Assembly: GCA_963709405.1 (NCBI GenBank)
Contig: CAVPXM010000021.1
Coordinates: 64,001 to 128,000 of the forward strand
Direction: 5' to 3'
Source: an uncultured Nitrososphaerales archaeon
Lineage (GTDB): Archaea; Thermoproteota; Nitrososphaeria; Nitrososphaerales; Nitrososphaeraceae
Length of the DNA stretch: 64,000 nt
This document shows, piece by piece, positions 1 through 10,089 of this stretch. Numbering within the stretch: position 1 is the first letter of the stretch; the number at the start of each line of letters is the position of its first letter. Made by a program: the position numbers and the translations under genes. The notes beneath the pieces are model-generated. The model searched no databases, had not been told where the DNA came from, and worked only from the letters and a program-made list of their open reading frames with translations.

Positions 1-143
1 TGGTGTATTTTTTGGTAGTTCTTAAAACGGGTAACTAGATAAGATATCAAACTCTTATCCTTTTACTCTCAGGAATATGTTAAAGCGCATTAAAAACATT
101 GACTTGCTCTAATGTTTATGCGGTTTCATATTCCATTTACGTC

Positions 144-600
144 TTACTCCTTACTAACATCTTTCATAGACTCGATTATTCTTGCATTGACATCGTCTAT
201 GTCTAGGTTTTCCTTTAAGTATTCTACAAAATCACTTGAGCTGATTATACCCACAGGCTTGCTTGTGTCATTATCTCGGACTACAAGCAAGTGCCTGACC
301 TTATTCTGCAGCATTATGTCAGCTGCTACTTCTATTTGTGAATTCGCATCAATAGTTACTATGGATGAAGACATTATATGTTGAACCATGGTATGTTTAC
401 TGCTGGCGTCATGAACACATATTCTCGATACTAAATCTCGATCAGTTACCATTCCTATCGCCGTATCATTGTCATCAATTACTACCAACGAGCTAATTGC
501 TTTATCGTTCATCCTTTTTGCTGCCTTCCTGAGCTGTAGCTGAGGCTTTAATGGTTTCTAACTTTTGAGTCATTAATTCTGCGATCGAAGTTGTGGCCAT
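144..600 (-). CDS. CBS-domain pair protein (1-nt frameshift near 525)
   Basis: ORF 144-512 has two CBS motifs (ISSLVV..GMVTDRDL; VRHLLVV..GIISSSD). An upstream frame from ATG at 600 reads MATTSIAELMTQKLETIKASATAQE and joins it if one G is removed from GAAGGCAGC. Confidence 0.85.
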
Positions 601-1036
601 ACCTCAGAATCTGGGAAGCCGTTGTCTATATAAAGATTGGCAATTGGCTGATCCCTAGACTCTAAGTGATTTATGAGGTTCATTCACCTGCTATCATTGT
701 CCTCCGCTACTCGATTTGAATGTCTTTTCTAGTATTAAATCGAGATGATCCTATGAGCCCCATTGCAACGCACTAAACGATACGAATTATCTATGATGTG
801 AGTAAGGATTCTAGAATTACATTCAGAAATTGAACTTAACAGGATCATTTCTGGTTGAATTGAGTTAGCTAAGAAGGTATGCTTTCTAATAGTGGTACGC
901 CTCTAATAGACTTGATCGCAAAATTAAATATATTTTTGTAATATTTACAATTCTTACATATTAGGGTAACTTAAAGGGGACAAAATGGGCTCGCCGTATA
1001 GCTATTCTTATATTTAAGCATGAGAAATCATACAAA

Positions 1037-1270
1037 TTGGTAATACAGGCTTATTGTGTAAAGTGTAAATCCAAACGAGACATGAAAGATGACAAGCAAA
1101 TAACGATGAAGAATGGACGACAAGCCATTACTGGAATCTGTACAACATGTGGTACTAAGATGTTCAAAATAGGCGGTGGAAGCACTAAAGTGGCCGCGAA
1201 GGTAAAGCCTACAAGCAAGAAACCAGTAAAAAAGGCTACGAAGACGAAAACGAAGAGTAAAAGGAAATAG
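1037..1270 (+). CDS. DUF5679-like Zn-ribbon protein with Lys-rich tail
   Basis: AYCVKCK...MKNGR.AITG.CTTCGTKMFKI pattern, followed by a K/A/T/P-rich tail and a T-rich tract after the stop. Confidence 0.8.
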   Translation: MVIQAYCVKCKSKRDMKDDKQITMKNGRQAITGICTTCGTKMFKIGGGSTKVAAKVKPTSKKPVKKATKTKTKSKRK

Positions 1271-1623
1271 TTATTTTCTGTTTTACTTTGGTTAGGTCGG
1301 TCACCATTCGTTCATTCTAACCTATTTTTAGCTAGCTTATTAGCACTCATTGAATGGCTACAACAGCCAGTTAAAACCAGATTCCAAATATATAACACGC
1401 ATTATTATAAAGAATTCGAGTTTGATGTTGTTCTCAATTTCACGCTTTATTCGGGCAATTCCATCTCGGAGATTTATCTGGTCTTTTAGGCACCTAATCA
1501 GGCAGACTTTATACTTCGATTTATTCTAATCTAACATGATTGTCATCTGAGTCAGATCAAGCTCGCTAGCGTCTATATCTGCTAACAATAGTACTGATTA
1601 ATTTCGAGGTAGATAGAATATAA

Positions 1624-2091
1624 TTGGCATATTTTTATGGGACTTACATAACTTATAGAATAGTTATCTACTACGAATCTGATCAAGGCCCATTACCACT
1701 TGGTTTAGCTGTTCCCAAGATGTTAGAAACGGGTAATTCTAATATCACTAATCAGGTACGAAATATAGAAGCAGAGCAACACGTTCTTTTGGATGACGGG
1801 ACGTTCGTGAATACAGAATCGGAAATGTGCAGAATTGAAAATGAAAGCAGATACGCTAAGCTTCATTCTTCTCAAAGAGAGCAATCAAATGACGGTCCTA
1901 GTAGCTCGGGAGACATCAATCATCCTAAACTACCGCCATCACATATTTCTGGTATAGACCTTCGTTCCGGATCGAACAGACTACTTGAATCAGTTCCAGA
2001 ATTAGTTGATTCAAATTATCTTCTAGAAAAATCGGGCGAAAATAGGAATGTCAATATAAAACAAAAGTCACTTTTGGAATTCATCGGTTAA
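1624..2091 (+). CDS. hypothetical low-complexity protein with C-terminal PIP-box-like motif
   Basis: 155-aa ORF ending KQKSLLEFIG*; the true start may be an internal Met (MLETG). Confidence 0.5.
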   Translation: MAYFYGTYITYRIVIYYESDQGPLPLGLAVPKMLETGNSNITNQVRNIEAEQHVLLDDGTFVNTESEMCRIENESRYAKLHSSQREQSNDGPSSSGDINHPKLPPSHISGIDLRSGSNRLLESVPELVDSNYLLEKSGENRNVNIKQKSLLEFIG

Positions 2092-2602
2092 GGTACTGGA
2101 AGCTGCAGAAGGCCGCATCCACCAAAAGGATATAGCACTCGAGCCCACAATAGCTTTTTCCAATCTTATTTCTTCTCTTACAATTTTGTATCTTTATCAT
2201 TAACGAGTCGCCATCAGTTGTTTATACGTAGCTGTCCATAGCTAGTAATGTTGAGCTAGGCTCTTCTGTGTGGGTCTTTAAACAATGTACTGCAAGTTTC
2301 TAGGAACCAATTTGTGTAGATTCTCCCTGATTGCAATATTGTTTTCAATATGATCCTTTTTTGTGTCATATTCTATTAATAGTAATATAGGCCTAGACAA
2401 TCCATAATAGTTTTTGAACTTCTTTATTGTGATGCTATCACCTGCCTCAGGAGTTATTATTTTATATTACACCGTATCGACTGCGGATGCATAGACCAAT
2501 TGTTATCGTTAAACTCTTACCAATACCTGGTTACGGTCTATTAAGAAATCTTTAACTCGATCTGCTTCAAGCCATTGCAACAAAAATATAGAGTATGATC
2601 TA

Positions 2603-2752
2603 ATGAAGCATATGCCAAACCATGGGGAATATGATTCAAATTCGATGCAATGGTATTGCAATTATTGGATGACTAAAGAAGAATGGCTGGATATTCATGA
2701 TTATGCTCCAGTAGACGTCGTACCGAAAGAACAAAAGACAGAACAATTCTAG
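2603..2752 (+). CDS. 49-aa small protein not in the ORF track
   Basis: Manual translation MKHMPNHGEYDSNSMQWYCNYWMTKEEWLDIHDYAPVDVVPKEQKTEQF*; protein-like composition. Confidence 0.6.
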   Translation: MKHMPNHGEYDSNSMQWYCNYWMTKEEWLDIHDYAPVDVVPKEQKTEQF

Positions 2753-3279
2753 CCTCTACCCACTCATTTCCTAAATGTGATGTTGGGTCAAGGCTCTAAC
2801 CAAAAAGCATCCTCTAATGAAGCAATACTAAATTTCAACATTCAAGGCTATGACTTGTTATTCACTTTTGGCACCCAAAGAATTTTCTTGCAAACAACCG
2901 GAATTTTAGTATCACTAGGTTTGCTGACTTAACTTTGGACATGAACTCAGGTGCATAGAAAATAACGAGGTGGGCATATTGCGAAGATATATGCACTGGA
3001 TTATTTCTAGTCCATTTCAATGCTAAATTTTTAACCGTTCTCCAATGCAACGCAGCTATAGATTATTTGATCATGAGTGAGATAATCGTCGACATATTGA
3101 CCACCTTATGCTATTAACAGAAAATAAGTTTGTTCGTTTACACTGTGTCTAGAGCACAAGGAATTTTCATTGGGGCGTTCAACCGGGAGTCTGTTATTAG
3201 GTGAGATTGGGTGAACAACGTTGGCTAAGAACTCAATTACCTCACACTACCGTATCATCACCATACTTGTACAATAACT

Positions 3280-4822
3280 TCACGACGGTTCAGTGTGTAC
3301 TATGACTCTAGAAGCTCCTGTCTCCTTAACTATCAAATTCTGAACAGCAGTAGCAATTCTGTGTGCATCCTCTATCGTAGTAATGCTACCATCGGGTAAT
3401 GATTCAATCCTTATTGTCAAAGTTATGTGAATATCGCCATTAATGTCTATTACTCCGATATCCTCACAATTAATAACTCCTGAGACTGAATAGGCTGCCC
3501 TTCGAATGTTCTCTAAGTATGCAGCATTTACTTTTTTTTCAATGCCCATTGTTATGTTTTTGGTGATCTCGGATTCTATGTGTGTTGTAATATTCAATAT
3601 TTCAGGAATTTCAGCTTTGATCCGTCTTTCAAATTCGTCTACTATTCTGTGTGCAGTTTTTAGATCTAGCGTATTGGTCATCTGTACGTCTAAATAGAGA
3701 TGGAGTAATATTGTATCCTTATTATTGCTGCTCGAATTCCAATTCGGGAATTTATCATGCATTAACCTGTATTGTTGACCGAGATCAGGATTTAGGATTC
3801 TTGAAACGTAAATGGAATGAATATTAGCAATCCCATCGGTTTCAGCCGCGATGAGTCTTATCCTATCACTTATTGTCTCATTACCCGATTCTATCGCATC
3901 TACGTGCACTAGAACATCCGAATTCGGGAATGCGTCTCTGATCTTGTTTTCTACCTTCGTTGCTACCTTGTGCGCCGTTGCATGAGTAAGTGTTCTTGGG
4001 ACTTCTATGTGCATATCAACAAAGTCCTTCGTTCCTATTCTTCTAACACGTATATCATGTGCGCTATCTACACCCTCTAGCCCGGAAACTGTCTCTAATA
4101 CACGTTGATAGGCTCCTTTGGGAGCTTTGTCTAATAATATGTCAAGTGTTCTCCTGCCTAGTCCCAACGAAGTATAAATTATCAGAGCTCCTAGAATCAG
4201 AGCAACATAGGCATCGATATTTGCTATAGGAAATATCGATGCCAATATCAGACCGATGATGACGATTCCAGATGAAAACATATCTGCCTTAAAATGGATA
4301 GCATCAGCTTCTAACGCTTGACTACCAAATGTTCTTGCAGTCTTGTTCAATGTACGATATCTTAAAAAATCTACGCAAACTGATATGAACATGATTCCAA
4401 AGGAAAATATAGTGATCTCCGGTTTTACAGTCCTAAAGAATATTCGATCTGAGAGCTTCATAAAACACCCAGCTAGCAGTAGCAAACAGCAGAGCAATTT
4501 GAACAAAACTTGAAATACTTTCAAATTTTGCATATCCATATGTGTACTTCGTATCAGGAGGGCGTGCAACCATATGGATGGCATACAGCGTCACGATAGC
4601 TGCAATTACGTCTAGCCCGGAGTGCATCGCCTCAGTTAATATGCCAAGACTGTTTGTTGAAACTCCGACCAAAAATTTTAAAACAGTTAGACCTACCGAG
4701 ACTAAGATCGAGGTCAACGCCACTTTAAATTTAATACCAAACATGTCCCCATCTTTAACTGGAGCATCTACTGTCCCAACGTTGTCTTCGTGACCCTCGT
4801 GATACTTGTCTTCCTCAACCAC
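3280..4822 (-). CDS. cation diffusion facilitator transporter with repeated C-terminal dimerisation domains (frameshift near 4452)
   Basis: EAMHSGLD, YGYAKFE and ADAIHFKAD motifs, then three ZT_dimer-like units (AH..A..VE..I). The two ORFs join after removing one base at FYEA/SDRIFF. Confidence 0.9.
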
Positions 4823-4950
4823 GATTAAAGTAAGAATTAGTTTATTGACTTATATAGATTACCTGTCAGGTGAATGCTTGTTAATCTGTGCATGGTAGAG
4901 TCATGCGTCATGAGTTATAACCGTAAATAGCTACTAGTGAGCAGTTCTAG

Positions 4951-5880
4951 TTATTTGATTTGTCCTATATTTCTTAATTCCTTCTCGGTCCAGTTAATCA
5001 GGGACTGCAAGTCTTTCGCCATAAAGTCTACTCCTATATGCTCAGATAGTGATTCTAATTCTGGGATAGTCATTGTCACTATCCTAAGTTTCCCTTTTAA
5101 CCTGTCCTTGATCGAAACCGCAGCGGTGGTCAAGAACCTTAATGAGCTTTCTTTCGAGGAGCAAATAATCACAACCATTAAGCCTATCTTGTTGCTCCAT
5201 GACTTAAGAATAAAACGTTGGAAGTCAATATCGAAGAATGGATCGAGTTGGCCTTCTACGTTACCTATATAAATTGAAAGGCCACCAAGCATCTGATACG
5301 CGAGAGCTCCAAGTTTTGCATTATAAGTTGCGTCTTCAGAACCGGCTACTGACATTGCGAAAATATCTTGGTTTATACTATCTCTAGTTAGATTAAATTT
5401 CAAAAGCTCTGAGATTTCCATAATCACATTGATTAGATAGATTTTTTCAGTCTTACCGAGTTTGCTTCTATCGTAAAGTTCATTTATTGTGTTTAAGGTT
5501 GGCAGAATTACATCTAACAGGATTTTTACTTTATCTGCTTGCGAATTAACCACATTCATTATGATCTTTCGGGCAGAATCTTCATTACCAACTAATATTG
5601 CACCCATAAATCTCTGCTGAATTTCAAAATATTCCATAGGGTATGCAAAATCTGCTGCTCCTTGCTCGAGTGACCACACATTTACTGAACCTATCTTCTT
5701 TTTTTTTATTAATCCTATGATATAGAGCAAATCCAAATACTTAGTGATTGTCATTCTATTTATCCCAGTTTTATGCGCTAACTCTATCCCAGACATTCCT
5801 GTGTTATCGCTCAGCAGCACATTAATGACGCGACGCTTAACTTCGTCTAATGTATATCGTCTGTACATTGGGCTGCTCAA
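4951..5880 (-). CDS. winged-HTH regulator with B12-binding-cap-like and Rossmann-like C-terminal domains
   Basis: N-terminal wHTH (GMSGIELAHKTGINRMTITKYL), then a helical segment resembling the methionine-synthase cap (KILLDVILPTLNTINELY). Confidence 0.7.
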   Translation of the reverse strand: MSSPMYRRYTLDEVKRRVINVLLSDNTGMSGIELAHKTGINRMTITKYLDLLYIIGLIKKKKIGSVNVWSLEQGAADFAYPMEYFEIQQRFMGAILVGNEDSARKIIMNVVNSQADKVKILLDVILPTLNTINELYDRSKLGKTEKIYLINVIMEISELLKFNLTRDSINQDIFAMSVAGSEDATYNAKLGALAYQMLGGLSIYIGNVEGQLDPFFDIDFQRFILKSWSNKIGLMVVIICSSKESSLRFLTTAAVSIKDRLKGKLRIVTMTIPELESLSEHIGVDFMAKDLQSLINWTEKELRNIGQIK

Positions 5881-5902
5881 GTTTAAAGCATGTTAAAACC
5901 TT

Positions 5903-6613
5903 TTAGAGATTTTTGTTTCCATAACGCCGCACTTGAGAAATTAGTTTGGTAATTGCGTCAAAAGCTCTTCCTACATCATTCATCTTTACAATCATTATTG
6001 TATCAGTATGACAGCTTACGGTATCTTCTATGTTAATGTGTCTCCTGGAAATTTGATTGTAGAACGCAATAGCGCAGCCAGGTGTTTTAATAATTTGTTC
6101 TGGACTGTGAACTATGATCGCTGCTAAATCCTCATCAATTTCCAAAATATCATAACTTGCAAATAGGTCTCTTACGGAATTTAACAGATTATCGTCAAAT
6201 ACCAGAGTTATTGATGAGATACTTTCAGAAACACTTATGAAGCTATTTACGTTCTTTGTGAGTGCCTTGGCTACTTTCTCTACCGTTCTCTTGCTCTTAA
6301 CTGTGGAGATCTTGGCAACATCGGTTTTAACACTAATCGTACTTCCAAGTAAGATTGAAGAAATTAACTTGTCACGAATATGATAAAATTTTCTTGCCCT
6401 TTTTATAGCCGTGACGACGCTCTCCATATTCGCTCTCCTTCCTAGCAATCTTTCGATTTCAGGTTTGATCACTCTTGCGAGACCGCTAAAATTACAATAG
6501 TCATTTTGAAGAGAGTCTTGATAAGACAGGTCAGTAGCAATGATGTCATTTACAATACTAGTTATCGATTTTTGGTTGACCAAGGCTGGTCTGATATACA
6601 TTATTTTGGTCAT
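5903..6613 (-). CDS. ACT-domain amino-acid-binding protein, divergent from argG
   Basis: N-terminal N.SGLAR.I HTH-like segment and C-terminal ACT (TPGCAIAFYNQISRRHINIEDTVSCHTD). Confidence 0.75.
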   Translation of the reverse strand: MTKIMYIRPALVNQKSITSIVNDIIATDLSYQDSLQNDYCNFSGLARVIKPEIERLLGRRANMESVVTAIKRARKFYHIRDKLISSILLGSTISVKTDVAKISTVKSKRTVEKVAKALTKNVNSFISVSESISSITLVFDDNLLNSVRDLFASYDILEIDEDLAAIIVHSPEQIIKTPGCAIAFYNQISRRHINIEDTVSCHTDTIMIVKMNDVGRAFDAITKLISQVRRYGNKNL

Positions 6614-6623
6614 CCTTGACCAA
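6606..6623. promoter_or_regulatory. perfect 7-4-7 palindrome just upstream of the argG TATA box
   Basis: TTGGTCA-TCCT-TGACCAA followed by AAAATATAAAT about 27 nt before ATG 6662. Confidence 0.5.
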
Positions 6624-6637
6624 AAAATATAAATGTA

Positions 6638-7864
6638 GTGTCATTAGTGGGAACGCCTGATATGGCAAATAACAGAGTTGTACTAGCATACTCTGGTGGG
6701 CTGGATACCTCGGTTTGCGTACGTTACTTGCAAAAGCTGAATAAACTAGACGTTATTACGCTTACTATAGACTGTGGTCAGAATGAGGACTTTGCCGGAC
6801 TGGAACAAAGGTCGATGTCATTAGGTGCTATTAAACACATACATATTGATGCCAAAGAGGAATTCGCTGCAGATTATATTTCTCCATCTATACGAGCAAA
6901 CGGGCTCTATCAAGGCAAATATCCACTTGCAACTGCGCTCGCAAGACCTTTAATAGCAACAAAGCTCGTGGAAACCGCGCATCAAGAAGACGCGATGGCT
7001 GTTGCCCATGGTTGTACCGGAAAGGGAAATGACCAGATTCGGTTTGATGTAACGATTCGAAGTCTAGATCCAAGCTTGAGCATAATCGCTCCTATCAGAG
7101 ATATGAATTTGACACGGGATATTGAATTAAAATTTGCAAAGGAAGAGAATATTCCGATATCATTCGATGCGAGGAAATATAGCGTTGATTCCAATTATTG
7201 GGGAAGGGCAGTTGAAGGAGGCATACTAGAAGACTCTTATTGCGAGCCTCCCGACGACGTGTTTCATTTTGTTGGATCAGATGGAAACGATCCGGTTTAC
7301 ATAGAAATAGGCTTTGAAAAAGGATTGCCTATAGCATTGAATGGAAAAGATATGGGTCTCGTGTCGATCATAAACAGTCTAAATAAGACGGTCGGCACTT
7401 GCGGTGTAGGGATTATAGATCACATTGAAGACCGTGTAATCGGCGTGAAATCAAGGGAAATTTATGAAGCGCCTGCTGCAATCGCAATAATCGAAAGCCA
7501 CAAAGACTTGGAAAAATTGGTTCTTACAAATCATCAACTCAGATTCAAGCATTTGGTTGATGAACAATGGACATGGTTAGTGTATTCTGGCTTGTGGCAA
7601 GAACCACTTAGAAAAGATTTGGAGAGATTTATAGACTCCTCCCAGAAAAAAGTATGTGGAAGGGTAAAACTACGGATTCACAGAGGTTCAATGCGTGTAG
7701 TGGGAAGAGAATCAATTTATTCGATATATAAGGAATCACTGGCCACATATGGTACCGGCTCTACCTTTGATCAAAATCTGGCGAAGGGTTTCTCTGAATT
7801 ATGGGGCTTGCAGTCAATAATTGCAAACTCTATATTTGAAAACAAAACTCACAACAGGAGGTGA
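6638..7864 (+). CDS. argG: argininosuccinate synthase
   Basis: VVLAYSGGLDTS, HGCTGKGNDQIRF and KSREIYEAP motifs; likely start is ATG 6662. Confidence 0.97.
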   Translation: MSLVGTPDMANNRVVLAYSGGLDTSVCVRYLQKLNKLDVITLTIDCGQNEDFAGLEQRSMSLGAIKHIHIDAKEEFAADYISPSIRANGLYQGKYPLATALARPLIATKLVETAHQEDAMAVAHGCTGKGNDQIRFDVTIRSLDPSLSIIAPIRDMNLTRDIELKFAKEENIPISFDARKYSVDSNYWGRAVEGGILEDSYCEPPDDVFHFVGSDGNDPVYIEIGFEKGLPIALNGKDMGLVSIINSLNKTVGTCGVGIIDHIEDRVIGVKSREIYEAPAAIAIIESHKDLEKLVLTNHQLRFKHLVDEQWTWLVYSGLWQEPLRKDLERFIDSSQKKVCGRVKLRIHRGSMRVVGRESIYSIYKESLATYGTGSTFDQNLAKGFSELWGLQSIIANSIFENKTHNRR

Positions 7865-8046
7865 ATGAGAAGATGAAAAAAACTTGTGATGACTGTGGGG
7901 CAGAAATTACCGTTCCTAACGATGCGATGGCAGGCGAAATCATAACCTGTCCTGACTGCGGTGCAAATTTTGAAATAATCGAAAAATCCGAAGAAAAAAT
8001 AAAGGTAAAGCCTGCAGAATCGATAGGTGAAGATTGGGGACAATAG
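7861..8046 (+). CDS. lysW: amino-group carrier protein LysW/ArgW, copy 1
   Basis: CxxC...GEIITCPDCG zinc ribbon; C-terminus EDWGQ. Confidence 0.95.
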   Translation: MNEKMKKTCDDCGAEITVPNDAMAGEIITCPDCGANFEIIEKSEEKIKVKPAESIGEDWGQ

Positions 8047-8907
8047 ATGGTCGAACTTTGCATCATTTATGACAAGGTTCGTTTTGAAGAAAAGAATCTC
8101 CATGATAAAGCAGTAAAGAGGGGCTTAAATACACGAATTGTGGACGCAAAGAGTATCACTATTGGTACAAACAGCAAGAAAAGTGACTTAAAATTGGGAG
8201 ATATTATTTTGCAGAGGAGTATAAGCCACTACAGAGGACTATATCTTACGGCATGCCTTGAATTCTTAGGGTTTTTAGTCATCAATAGGTTCGAAGTGGG
8301 AGAAATATGCGGAAACAAGTTATTAACTTCAATCACGCTCGCCAAACAAAATGTACCAACTCCGACTACTCATTTCGCCTTCAGTTCCGAATCGTTATTA
8401 GATTTAATTAATAAAATGGGTTTCCCTTTAGTAGTGAAGCCAATAGTCGGTTCATGGGGCCGAGGTGTTTTTCCTTTGCGCGATGACGAAGCTGCAAATA
8501 TGATCGTTGAATTAAGAGAGGAAAATGACAATCCCCTATCTCGTATATATTACATCCAGGAAATGGTCAAGAGACCTCCTCGCGATCTTAGATGTATAGT
8601 CGTGGGGGATCGGGTTGTTGCAGCGGTCTATAGGTATTCTGCAGAGAAGGAATGGAGGACGAATGTTGCGAGAGGAGGCAGAACAGAAGAAGCGCCCATT
8701 ACAAAAGAGTTAGAAGATATTACAATGAAGGCGGCAAAAGCGGTTGGAGGAGGGGTGTTAGGTGTTGACCTAATGGAGGATGAAGCAAGAGGTCTACTAG
8801 TGCATGAAATTAATAGCACTGTTGAATTTCGCGGAGCTTCCAATGTTGCTAAAAGTGATATCGCAAACGCCATAATAGATTACAGTATTGGAATCGCAAG
8901 GAAATAG
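8047..8907 (+). CDS. lysX: LysW ligase, ATP-grasp RimK family (probably ArgX)
   Basis: KPIVGSWGRG, YIQE, WRTNVARGG and GVDLME..EINSTVEF motifs; adjacent to lysW. Confidence 0.92.
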   Translation: MVELCIIYDKVRFEEKNLHDKAVKRGLNTRIVDAKSITIGTNSKKSDLKLGDIILQRSISHYRGLYLTACLEFLGFLVINRFEVGEICGNKLLTSITLAKQNVPTPTTHFAFSSESLLDLINKMGFPLVVKPIVGSWGRGVFPLRDDEAANMIVELREENDNPLSRIYYIQEMVKRPPRDLRCIVVGDRVVAAVYRYSAEKEWRTNVARGGRTEEAPITKELEDITMKAAKAVGGGVLGVDLMEDEARGLLVHEINSTVEFRGASNVAKSDIANAIIDYSIGIARK

Positions 8908-9036
8908 GTGGACACTACACTGGCTCGTATATTCTCTTACAATATAACTCTTGAATGTACCTAGAAAAATGGAATTATTGTTATATGACAAAATTCATAA
9001 GAAGCTAAACTAGGAAACAGGGTAGAAATAGATAAC

Positions 9037-10089
9037 ATGAGAGTTGGTGTGGTAGGAGCATCTGGATATGTGGGCGGCGAGCTTTTGCGCCTTCTCGTAG
9101 GCCATCCAAAGATCGAATTAAGCACTGTCACTTCTAGACAAAAGGCTGGTGAATACGTGCATAGAGTACATCCTAGTCTAAAAGGATTCATTAATATCAC
9201 ATTTTCGGACATGAGTATTGATAAGCTTAGCAATACATGCGACATAGTATTCACTGCTCTCCCTCACGGGAAATCGAAGGAGATAGTAAAAGATCTTTAT
9301 GATCGAGGAATAAAGGTTATAGATTTATCCGCAGACTTCCGTTTGAAGAATCCAAAAGATTACGTTAAGTGGTACGGTTGGGAACATCCATTTCCTGAAT
9401 TACTATCAAAATCGGTATATGGTGTGCCTGAGATTCATCGTAGTGACATCAAAAGAGCTCAATTAGTATCCTGTCCTGGCTGCATGGCTGTTACATCACT
9501 TCTTGCAATAAGACCTTTAATCGCAAATGATTTGATAGAAACTGAACATATCGTGGTCGATAGTAAAATAGGATCCTCTGGAGCAGGATCTCAACCAAGT
9601 GCAGGAACACATCATGCCATGCGTTACGGAGTTATTCGTCCCTACAAGCCAGTAAAGCACAGACATACCGGAGAAATCGAACAAGAATTGGGGCAGGTTG
9701 CCAAAAGGGCCATTAGAATAAACATGACTCCTCACGCAGTAAATGTTGTACGAGGAATTTTGACCACTAACCATACCTTCTTGAAGCGGATGGTACCTGA
9801 GATTGACCTCTGGAAGATCTACAGAAATTCATACAAGGACGAACCATTTATCAGATTTATACGGGATAAAAAGGGCTTATACAAATTTCCGGATCCAAAG
9901 TTTTTAATCGGATCGAATCTTTGTGATATAGGCTTCGAAGTCGATGAAGAAAATCGAAGATTAGTAGCGCTATCGGCATCAGATAATTTAGTTAAGGGAG
10001 CTGCCGGCTCGGCAATACAGAACATGAATGTTATGCTGGCTTATGATGAAACAGATGGCCTCAAACAGACTCCGATCACACCAGTATGA
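9037..10089 (+). CDS. lysY: LysW-aminoadipyl/glutamyl-phosphate reductase (ArgC/LysY)
   Basis: GASGYVGGEL, DLSADFRL, PGC and DNLVKGAAG motifs. Confidence 0.95.
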   Translation: MRVGVVGASGYVGGELLRLLVGHPKIELSTVTSRQKAGEYVHRVHPSLKGFINITFSDMSIDKLSNTCDIVFTALPHGKSKEIVKDLYDRGIKVIDLSADFRLKNPKDYVKWYGWEHPFPELLSKSVYGVPEIHRSDIKRAQLVSCPGCMAVTSLLAIRPLIANDLIETEHIVVDSKIGSSGAGSQPSAGTHHAMRYGVIRPYKPVKHRHTGEIEQELGQVAKRAIRINMTPHAVNVVRGILTTNHTFLKRMVPEIDLWKIYRNSYKDEPFIRFIRDKKGLYKFPDPKFLIGSNLCDIGFEVDEENRRLVALSASDNLVKGAAGSAIQNMNVMLAYDETDGLKQTPITPV

